DNA from: Bacilli bacterium
Lineage (GTDB): Bacteria > Bacillota_I > Bacilli_A > ML615J-28 > CAG-313
NCBI GenBank assembly: GCA_900752975.1
Contig: CAADXH010000018.1
Location: 46,904 to 110,903 of the forward strand
Length of the DNA: 64,000 nucleotides
Direction: 5' to 3'
The stretch's first letter is position 1. Each line of letters starts with the position of its first letter. The translations under genes and the position numbers were made by a program. The notes under the pieces are model-generated. The model did not search any database. It was given only the letters and a program-made list of their open reading frames with translations, and was not told where the DNA came from. This document shows positions 56,519 to 64,000 of the stretch, piece by piece.

Positions 56519-58459
56519 TTATCTTCTATGATTACGATTGCGATTCTTTTTCTTCTTGCCACCGTATCTCTGTTCTTGGGATCTAGACATTCTCTTACCA
56601 TTGTCACCAAGATTCTCAGGAACTACTGTACTAACTGGCTCAGAAGAAACCACAACAGGTTCTTTAGGTTCTTCTTTTACTTCATTAACACAGTGATTAG
56701 TGAAAGTGATACTACTATCAAGGAAAGAGATTGTCAAATCCTTAGTCATATCAATAGCATCTTCGTTCAAAGACAGTTCTTCGAGTTCGTTTAATCCTCT
56801 AGTGATAAAGGAAAGAACATTCGAAACACTATACTTAGAACCACCAGAGATTACAATATTGAACTTGTAATCATGCAATGCATTCGACACAATTTCCAGA
56901 TACTTGTCATATATCGTCTTATAGATATGAATGTCTGTATGGTCTTCTTCTTCATCCATAATATCAAACGACAGTTTAGTAATAACCGTCTTCCAGAAGT
57001 TGATGATGCTATTGCAGAACGACTTCGTGTTCTTTACGTTGTTAATCAACTTATAGAACACGATAAATCTGTTCGGATTATCATCTGAGATTTCAGACAA
57101 CAATTGATTCAGGACACAATCACATTCAATAATATTATTGAATGAAACCTCACCATTCTTATCAGTTAACATTGTAGCAGTGCACATATCTTTATAGATA
57201 CGAGCTGCTTCCTTAACTTCAACAAAATGATTCTCAGTTGTCATTTCATTGATTTCCTTTGCTAACTTCATAAGTGTCATAGCATCTTTCTTTTCATTCA
57301 AAACCGTAAAGTTGATACCAGAGTTTAACATATTAAACATCTCTACCAACTTAGAAGTTACAACCTCTTTCGCTTTTGGTTCTTCCTTCTTTTCTGGCTT
57401 TGGTTCTTCTACCACCGCTGTTGTCTGAGTCGGAGTTGTAACAACTTCTTCTTCTGGATTCAGAGAAGTGATGATAACTCTTCTCTTCTTCTTTCTCATC
57501 AGTGTAGATGGCTTCTGACGATACTCAACATTGTTGTTCATGTTGGAAACTGTATAATCAATATGCTTGCTACGAGCATCACAGTTTCTAACTTCGGTTC
57601 TTCCTGTTTCGATGTCAGTAATTTGAATTTTCATTTTCTTTACTCCTTTTTCTTTATCTTTTTTATACCCTACAGCACTAAGAAGATTTGATAATTCATC
57701 TCCCTTAGGCATAGATAACGTTGATGCTTCGAATGTTCTACCACATTCTGTACACACAATACGATTATATCCATCATCATAGTCTAATGTCCCACAACAC
57801 ATTTTACCATCAACAATATTTGGACACAATCGTTTCTTTGGATTTGCTACATACATAGACGGATAGTCTAATAGTACTGGACCAAACCCTTGGCGGTACC
57901 CCCAATTCTTCATAGATCTTGTTCCAATATCATCCATCGCAAGGTCATGATTACGAAATCGAAAGAACAAGATTTCATGAATCTCAGGAGCATACTTTTG
58001 AAATTCCGATACATCTTTAATCGGAACTACCTTTTCCATGATGGATAAAGCTCCATCAGGAGAAACGGAAAAGATTTTATTACAAAACGGCTTTAAGACA
58101 TTCTGGTTTACAAATTCTTTTAGATTGCTTGTAAGACCTACCCTATCAGTTGCAACTTTCGCTACAACACGGTCGTCATAGATACATTCATAAGCACGTC
58201 TATTTGTACCTCCACCAATTAACTTAAACCCTCTTCTATTCATGATTTCACCAAGTAACCGATACTTCTCATGAATTTCACCATTATAAGCAGGAGATAT
58301 TGCTAATCGATAGATTTCAGTAATATCTTCTGTAGTGAAATAAGATAGTAACGGATTAACCTGATAAGAATCATACTCATAGATTAACTGTCTTAAAAAT
58401 TCAGAGTCTTTGATGATATCTTTTCTGTAAATATCAGATAGCTTCTTATTCATTTTCAT
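56519..58459 (-). CDS. hypothetical protein (646 aa) with a zinc ribbon and a basic C-terminal tail; weak protein-kinase-like features at the N-terminus
   Basis: CPNIVDGKMCCG...CTECG Zn ribbon. Tail GGKKKKNRNRNHRR. A G-rich loop IGGGTNRRAY plus VVAKV and HDLAMDD. The kinase assignment is tentative. Confidence 0.5.
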   Translation of the reverse strand: MKMNKKLSDIYRKDIIKDSEFLRQLIYEYDSYQVNPLLSYFTTEDITEIYRLAISPAYNGEIHEKYRLLGEIMNRRGFKLIGGGTNRRAYECIYDDRVVAKVATDRVGLTSNLKEFVNQNVLKPFCNKIFSVSPDGALSIMEKVVPIKDVSEFQKYAPEIHEILFFRFRNHDLAMDDIGTRSMKNWGYRQGFGPVLLDYPSMYVANPKKRLCPNIVDGKMCCGTLDYDDGYNRIVCTECGRTFEASTLSMPKGDELSNLLSAVGYKKDKEKGVKKMKIQITDIETGRTEVRNCDARSKHIDYTVSNMNNNVEYRQKPSTLMRKKKRRVIITSLNPEEEVVTTPTQTTAVVEEPKPEKKEEPKAKEVVTSKLVEMFNMLNSGINFTVLNEKKDAMTLMKLAKEINEMTTENHFVEVKEAARIYKDMCTATMLTDKNGEVSFNNIIECDCVLNQLLSEISDDNPNRFIVFYKLINNVKNTKSFCNSIINFWKTVITKLSFDIMDEEEDHTDIHIYKTIYDKYLEIVSNALHDYKFNIVISGGSKYSVSNVLSFITRGLNELEELSLNEDAIDMTKDLTISFLDSSITFTNHCVNEVKEEPKEPVVVSSEPVSTVVPENLGDNGKRMSRSQEQRYGGKKKKNRNRNHRR

Positions 58460-58471
58460 TATCTCACCTTC

Positions 58472-60178
58472 TTAGAAAAAGTTTGAAAGTTGATCATCTG
58501 ACATTTTCTCAGATACATCATGTGCACCAGACCCAGGACCCACATCAAATTCCTCTTGTGATAATATCTCTCCTGTATCATCATCGACAGAAACATATCC
58601 TATCGTTCGTTTAAGAGGAACTATATTGCCGTTGTCGTCTACATTTACTCCCATTTCTCTTAACTCTTCCGGCGATAAATCTTCTTTTGTTTTTGATAAG
58701 TCTTTGGGAATAAATAGATTCTCGGTAGCAAGTTGAGGGGTTACTTGCTTTGTATACATGAACTGATTCTCAGGTTTCTTATAATCGTCCAAGGTTAATT
58801 GGTCGATTGGTGTTTTACCAAATGTAGGATGATAATGTGCATCATTTGCCATTTGACAACCAAGATTACCAGAGTATACCTTATCCAAGAATAACTTTCG
58901 CTTTATCTCATATTCTTCTTGAAGCTTTTGATGAACAAGTGGGTCAGTGCTCATTTCTTCAGGAGTTGAGGTTAAAGCTCTATAATGAAGATCTCGTTCA
59001 AAGTCATAGGACAGACTAAAGAAGTTTGAACGATGATCGTAAGTTAGATCAGTGTTGCAGCATGCAGAAAGAATCTTATTAAACGAATCCTTTGAGAATG
59101 CTGCTGTTCTCAAAGCTCTTTCGATGAGTTGTTCTTGTTTCTTCCAATCAATTCTTTCATCTTCACGTCTTGCGTACTGTTCTGCTAAAGAAAGCCCCTC
59201 TGCTTTCCAAGCATTCCAACGATTGATATTATCGAAATATGCTTTCTTCATTAATGCATCTGTGATTTGCATTCTCTTTTCGAAGAGAGCAACTTCGTTT
59301 CGGAATTGTTCCATTTCATACTGTCTTTGTCTATCTTCCATTCTAGTGTGAATTGTATAAGACTGTCCTCTGTTGTCTTTTGTCTTATAATTCTTTTCTC
59401 TGATGACATTTCCAGTTTCACAATCGATAATTTTGAATGAAATTGCTCTTTGATAACGGATACCATTAATGTCATAAACATTATAAATGATGTCACTTCC
59501 GTCTCCTTCCATTTCTTTTAGAGCTTCCATTCTTTCTCTTTCAGCTTCAATTCTTGCTTCTTCTTGTTCTTTGTGAATTTGTTCAGCAGATTTGAATTTG
59601 AAGCTTTCAGCCCAATCCATCATTTCCTTTGAAGGGTTATGTTGAGCAATAAATAATGCCCATCCATATTGCTGATTACATTGATACTCTCTATCTTCTT
59701 CTAAAGACTGATAGTAATTCTCCATTGCTTCAGCGTTATAAAAGTTATATGGATTGATTCCGTATAATCTCATCCCTGGTGTATATCTTTTGATTCTTTC
59801 GTCTTGTTGTTGATTTCCAACATAGCCTCCATAGTTATTATTTCCAAAAGAGATACAATTAGATGGATTTCCAAGTTGGAAAAGATTCACCTTTCCTTGT
59901 TGTGCAGCCTGAGCTGTAGTGGAAAGAATTCCTTCCCATGGTGGTGCAATAGAAATTTCTTGTTGATTGTTTGGTTGATTATCATAGTCAACTACAATTC
60001 TAGGATTATCTTGGTCTGCACCTACCGATAACATTTCTTCAATTTCTGGATTCTGTTCTACAAAGTTATTAATCTCTTCGTCAGACATAGTATCCAGATG
60101 AGACTGAATCTGAGCATCTTGAACTCTTACAGCTTGAGATGCTTGCAGTAATTTAGCTCGTCTTTCTTCTGATAACAT
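58472..60178 (-). CDS. hypothetical protein (568 aa)
   Basis: RBS GGAAGGAG. Confidence 0.5.
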   Translation of the reverse strand: MLSEERRAKLLQASQAVRVQDAQIQSHLDTMSDEEINNFVEQNPEIEEMLSVGADQDNPRIVVDYDNQPNNQQEISIAPPWEGILSTTAQAAQQGKVNLFQLGNPSNCISFGNNNYGGYVGNQQQDERIKRYTPGMRLYGINPYNFYNAEAMENYYQSLEEDREYQCNQQYGWALFIAQHNPSKEMMDWAESFKFKSAEQIHKEQEEARIEAERERMEALKEMEGDGSDIIYNVYDINGIRYQRAISFKIIDCETGNVIREKNYKTKDNRGQSYTIHTRMEDRQRQYEMEQFRNEVALFEKRMQITDALMKKAYFDNINRWNAWKAEGLSLAEQYARREDERIDWKKQEQLIERALRTAAFSKDSFNKILSACCNTDLTYDHRSNFFSLSYDFERDLHYRALTSTPEEMSTDPLVHQKLQEEYEIKRKLFLDKVYSGNLGCQMANDAHYHPTFGKTPIDQLTLDDYKKPENQFMYTKQVTPQLATENLFIPKDLSKTKEDLSPEELREMGVNVDDNGNIVPLKRTIGYVSVDDDTGEILSQEEFDVGPGSGAHDVSEKMSDDQLSNFF

Positions 60179-60292
60179 TGAGATTCTCCTTCCAATAACA
60201 TAATTAAGATTAAACCAATCTTTGCTATCACATAAATAATATATGGTTCAACTTATTATTAAATTGTAGATTGTGAGGTGATTATTTACAAA

Positions 60293-60982
60293 ATGATAAA
60301 ACCAGAATTACTATTAAACGATATCACAAAATTTGACAAAGGTAAGAAAGCACGCTACCATATTAATGGAAGAGGTATTCCGAGTGTAACAGAATTATTA
60401 TCGTTTATCGATTCAGAAGGATTAATTGCTTGGGCAAATAGAATCGGTAGACAAGGACAAGATAATAAAGAAGTTGCTAGTAAAGCTGCAGATTTTGGTA
60501 CAATGGTGCATGAATCAATTGAAATGTATTTAAAACGAAAACCAATTGAAAATGATAATGTATGTTTACAATCATTTAAAGAATGGTGGGATGGAGTTAA
60601 TAATTGTCATAGAGTAAAAGTATTAGGACAAGAACAAGCATTGATTGGGGAATACTTTGCAGGAACATACGATTTGCTCATCTCAATTGACGATAAACCT
60701 TATTTGATTGATTTTAAAACATCTAATCATGTTGGGTATAAATACTTTATGCAATTAGCTGCATATCGCTATCTATTATATACTTTAAAGAATATTAATA
60801 TCAATGGTTGTATTATATTACAATTTGATAAAAAAGAACCAAAGTTCAGAGAGTTCAATCTAGACTTTACGAATCCATATGATTACGAGTTTATTGAAAA
60901 CTGTTATCGAGCATTCATGGGACTTGTATATACCTATTATAATGTGAAATTATGTCAAAGAGAATTTGGACATATGTTTTAA
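60293..60982 (+). CDS. PD-(D/E)XK nuclease of the RecB/Cas4/lambda-Exo (YqaJ) type
   Basis: Motifs MVHESIE, GTYDLL, IDFKTS and QLAAYRY (QxxxY). The start could be the ATG at 60293 or the GTG at 60278. Confidence 0.6.
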   Translation: MIKPELLLNDITKFDKGKKARYHINGRGIPSVTELLSFIDSEGLIAWANRIGRQGQDNKEVASKAADFGTMVHESIEMYLKRKPIENDNVCLQSFKEWWDGVNNCHRVKVLGQEQALIGEYFAGTYDLLISIDDKPYLIDFKTSNHVGYKYFMQLAAYRYLLYTLKNININGCIILQFDKKEPKFREFNLDFTNPYDYEFIENCYRAFMGLVYTYYNVKLCQREFGHMF

Positions 60983-60993
60983 AAAATAAAGAT

Positions 60994-61020
60994 GGGGTGA
61001 TACATTGTATCACCCCTTTA
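60994..61020. terminator. bidirectional hairpin terminator
   Basis: ggggtgatac/gtatcacccc stem between convergent genes. Confidence 0.65.
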
Positions 61021-61043
61021 TATATTTTGCTTAAATATATTCT

Positions 61044-62306
61044 TTATTTTGTTTTTTCGTATGTGTATTCATCAAACTGAAGAACTTCTGTACTATCTGT
61101 GTTTTCTTCATAATGAACTGTTTTAGAAGTTATATTGCCTGAGGCATCATAACGAATATCAGTTCTCTTTCTAGTATGAGTATTGTTATCTTCATCATCT
61201 GTATACTCATATTTGATTTCACTGATAGTCTTTAATTCACCATCGAAAGACTGTTTTGTAATCGCAGATAAACGTCTATCGTTATCATCATATTCATATG
61301 TCGTAACGATATTATTTTCAGAATCAGAATAAGATAAAATCTTCTTTTTGTCCTTATCAAATACGTTCTGAACAACCTTATCCTTAATTACATTCTGTGT
61401 CTTCTTATCAATTATGATAAGTTTACTGATTTCAGTAATATCACCTGTATCAGAATCAACAGTTCGTTCTGTTCTTCTAAATGTTTCAATCTTTCCATTA
61501 TCTAACATCATAGAAATTTCATCTCCATTTAAATCATATGTATATCTTTCCGTAAGAATACCATTCTTAATTACTTCAGAAATCTTATAATCTGCAGCTG
61601 GATTATAGGATGTTGTAATATAAGAGATAAGTTTCTTATCAGGTAAAGACACATCAAAGAATCGAATTGTTTCAGATAAAGTTTTTCCATCAGTATCTAA
61701 ATCTCTTTCATAATCCTTTTCAATGTGTCTATCGCCATCATAGATTTTAATAATATTTCCGAAAGCATCAAAATCTGCACGATACTTTACATGCTGCATC
61801 TTACTTTCAATTGTCTTATCTACAATAGAAGATACTTCATCTTTGTAGAATTTTGTGTATGTAATTGTATGAGTTCCTTTGACTGTTTTCTTAGAAACTT
61901 TATTGTCTACAGTATAGTCATATAAAGTTGTTCGGAAGGTAACACCATCTCTAGTTTTATCTTCTTCTCTAATCAATCTACCAAGTGAATCATAATACTT
62001 AACAACCTCTACCTTTTCGATATCTAAAGACTTTCCATTCTTTTTACTTGTTTTGAATACTCGGCAGTTATTGACATTACCAATTTCATCTTTGTCAAAT
62101 TCATACTTATATGAATCGACAAATTTATCGCTCGTAACAATTTTACCAGTTGGATAAGTTCCCTCTTCATCCTTAAAGATTACGTGAGTAATATCCTTTG
62201 TTACGCTAGTAACATTTTTCTTATCACTACCATTAAATTTTTCATACTTCGTAGTAGTGGTGTTTCTAACAAAATCCTTTAATCCTTCTTCATAACGAAC
62301 TAACAT
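61044..62306 (-). CDS. YD-repeat (RHS-family) protein, 420 aa, with no recognisable toxin tip
   Basis: Repeats YDSLGRLIREED, TLYDYTVDN, RYTYDLNGDEI, YEYDDNDRRLSAI and IRYDASGNITS. RBS AAGGAGG. Confidence 0.65.
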   Translation of the reverse strand: MLVRYEEGLKDFVRNTTTTKYEKFNGSDKKNVTSVTKDITHVIFKDEEGTYPTGKIVTSDKFVDSYKYEFDKDEIGNVNNCRVFKTSKKNGKSLDIEKVEVVKYYDSLGRLIREEDKTRDGVTFRTTLYDYTVDNKVSKKTVKGTHTITYTKFYKDEVSSIVDKTIESKMQHVKYRADFDAFGNIIKIYDGDRHIEKDYERDLDTDGKTLSETIRFFDVSLPDKKLISYITTSYNPAADYKISEVIKNGILTERYTYDLNGDEISMMLDNGKIETFRRTERTVDSDTGDITEISKLIIIDKKTQNVIKDKVVQNVFDKDKKKILSYSDSENNIVTTYEYDDNDRRLSAITKQSFDGELKTISEIKYEYTDDEDNNTHTRKRTDIRYDASGNITSKTVHYEENTDSTEVLQFDEYTYEKTK

Positions 62307-62348
62307 TTTAAAGTCCTCCTTAAAAAATAATCTTTATTATAAAGTTAA

Positions 62349-62380
62349 GGGATAGTGTAGTAATGAAACCACACTATCCC
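62349..62380 (-). terminator. hairpin terminator (gggatagtgt/acactatccc)
   Basis: Read directly, downstream of the nrdG-like gene. Confidence 0.5.
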
Positions 62381-62386
62381 CGTTCT

Positions 62387-62902
62387 TTACAATTCTACTT
62401 CTACGATAGTTTTCTGTGCTAATGATTGTTTTACATCAATTATCCGTTGATTGGTACTGCCTCTCCAATTACAGTTAAGAGAAGCTTTATCTTGTTCGAA
62501 TCTACCATCAATCAAATAATCGACATTAGATAAAAGTTTGAAATACGATAATACACCAGAATCAATAATCTTTGTGAGTTCCTCATAAGTGTATCCTGTA
62601 TAACAAATAATACTAAGACTTTTATCTGCTCGTTTAATTCGAACAGCAAGTTCAGCTAATGCATCAGCCTGAAGGAATGGTTCTCCACCGGAGAACGTCA
62701 CCCCTTCAATCATTGTACTTCCTAATATCTCATCCAGAATCTCATTAATATCAATGAGCTTTCCTTCATTAGGATTATGAGTTTGCGGGTTTTGACAACC
62801 TTCACATTTATGATAACAACCTTGGGTAAAGATTACATATCTTATACCAGGCCCATCAACAATGCTATTCTTAGCAAAGCCCGCTACCTTTAATTGCACC
62901 AT
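62387..62902 (-). CDS. nrdG: anaerobic ribonucleotide reductase activating protein (NrdG-like radical-SAM enzyme)
   Basis: GPGIRYVIFTQGCYHKCEGCQNPQTH matches the NrdG consensus GPG.R..F.SGC.H.C.GC.N. SAM-binding loop TFSGGEP. Size 171 aa. Confidence 0.7.
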   Translation of the reverse strand: MVQLKVAGFAKNSIVDGPGIRYVIFTQGCYHKCEGCQNPQTHNPNEGKLIDINEILDEILGSTMIEGVTFSGGEPFLQADALAELAVRIKRADKSLSIICYTGYTYEELTKIIDSGVLSYFKLLSNVDYLIDGRFEQDKASLNCNWRGSTNQRIIDVKQSLAQKTIVEVEL

Positions 62903-62904
62903 AT

Positions 62905-63714
62905 TTAATCCTCCTCCGATTTCTTGTCGATAAAGAACGCTTGGTTTGGTTGAATTTCTTCAAATTCAAATATATTTTTCCAAATTTCTGCACCATTTGA
63001 CTGGAGAGAGTCGATTGCTGTGTCTAAAGAACTGTGCCATCCTAATCCAGAATCTTGAAATTGAGCTAGGATCTCATCTTCATTTCCTTCAAAATCTTTA
63101 CAATATTCAATATTGTCGAATTTATGAAGTACCTTTTTGTTAGCGTAGTCACACTTATAATCATGATAAATTTGAATATCATCTTGACCAGCCAGATACA
63201 TAAAAGGACCATAGGAAAGTTGCTGATTAAACATATCGGGAAAATTCAATAAATTAGTTATCCCGTTGATAGACACATTCATATGATATTTAGGCAATAA
63301 GCCTCTATCATTTGTAAGGAATATTTCACTTCCTGGTTCAGTGGCTTGATATAGAATTTCGATGAGTCCTTCTGGGTATAATGCAGTAGTCAAGATATAC
63401 CAAAAATCTACATTAGGTACCCATGCATCATAACACAATACCTGAAACGTGTGATTGTCTACACAAGACATATATTCGATATAACCTCTTTTGTCAGCAT
63501 TTATGCTCTTGTCTTTCAAAGAGTCTATCTTTGTCATGACATAATCTTCGACATCTTGTTCCCATAGTACTTTTCGCCAATGACCTTCCGAATCAATACA
63601 ACAAGCGTTTATACCAGCACTTATCAATTTACTGTAAAAATCCACCAAAGCCTGATTTCCTGCTTCAGTACCATTGCTCTGAAAAGTTAAATAAGTTTCA
63701 CACCAGTTTGCCAT
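62905..63714 (-). CDS. hypothetical protein (269 aa), not NrdD
   Basis: RBS AGGAGG. No glycyl-radical motif. Confidence 0.5.
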   Translation of the reverse strand: MANWCETYLTFQSNGTEAGNQALVDFYSKLISAGINACCIDSEGHWRKVLWEQDVEDYVMTKIDSLKDKSINADKRGYIEYMSCVDNHTFQVLCYDAWVPNVDFWYILTTALYPEGLIEILYQATEPGSEIFLTNDRGLLPKYHMNVSINGITNLLNFPDMFNQQLSYGPFMYLAGQDDIQIYHDYKCDYANKKVLHKFDNIEYCKDFEGNEDEILAQFQDSGLGWHSSLDTAIDSLQSNGAEIWKNIFEFEEIQPNQAFFIDKKSEED

Positions 63715-63733
63715 AATATTTTCCTCCTAAGAT

Positions 63734-63985
63734 TTACTTCTTTTTGAATGAAACCATTATAAGTATGGTAATAAAGATTATCATACTTACAACGAATGTT
63801 TCTGTAATTGTAGCCATTGTAATAATAACAAATGGAAATATCATTTTTATTATTTTAATCACACCAAAAGTGATTAGTGCTGGAAATAAAATCATTGTGA
63901 TAAATATCACAATGTATGCAATTATTTCAAATATAACATCTCTAATATTTTTATCTTTCTTCATTGGTGATATACCTCCTTTCAT
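63734..63985 (-). CDS. small hydrophobic membrane protein (2 TM), a holin-like candidate
   Basis: Two long hydrophobic stretches. RBS GGAGG. Confidence 0.45.
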   Translation of the reverse strand: MKGGISPMKKDKNIRDVIFEIIAYIVIFITMILFPALITFGVIKIIKMIFPFVIITMATITETFVVSMIIFITILIMVSFKKK

Positions 63986-64000
63986 AGTTTTAGATTATAC

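Noticed and set aside
1-64000. Search for integrase, transposase, CRISPR arrays, attachment sites or toxin-immunity islands
   Set aside because: I saw no recombinase motifs, no regularly spaced short repeats, and no tRNA-adjacent att-like duplications. The window reads as contiguous lytic-phage DNA.

Overview
This window is an AT-rich (~30% GC) stretch of a large virulent phage that infects a low-GC Gram-positive host. The host assignment rests on strong AGGAGG Shine-Dalgarno sites on almost every gene, AT-rich codon usage, and an endolysin with SH3b-like wall-binding repeats. The window holds about 59 protein genes in long co-directional blocks, one tRNA-Gln, and many rho-independent hairpin terminators at operon boundaries.

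Recognisable content from the sequence:
- A minus-strand replication module (about 6.9-22.4 kb): type IIA topoisomerase A and B subunits, Dda/RecD-like and DnaB-like helicases, and an SbcD/Mre11-like nuclease.
- A PD-(D/E)XK nuclease and an NrdG-like anaerobic ribonucleotide reductase activase.
- An HNH homing endonuclease.
- Structural and lysis modules: giant 1356-, 1524- and 1590-aa proteins, a BspA-type leucine-rich-repeat protein, a YD-repeat protein, and a three-domain endolysin (GH25 + M15 peptidase + 2 x SH3b-like).
- The N-terminal half of a multisubunit-RNAP beta-prime-like subunit (zinc ribbon plus the NADFDGD catalytic loop).

That last gene points to a jumbo-phage style, non-canonical, phage-encoded multisubunit RNA polymerase.

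Other items worth follow-up:
- A MazF/PemK-like endoribonuclease domain fused to a C-terminal extension, sitting just downstream of a winged-helix protein.
- A Q/N/M-rich prion-like protein inside the replication module.
- A three-member paralog family whose members share a duplicated ~70-bp promoter/leader cassette.
- A recurrent promoter-like motif of the form TATAATA(G/T)TGAA, lacking a -35 element, upstream of many genes.

No CRISPR array, integrase or transposase is visible. Product names are inferred from motifs I could read directly; no database searches were run.
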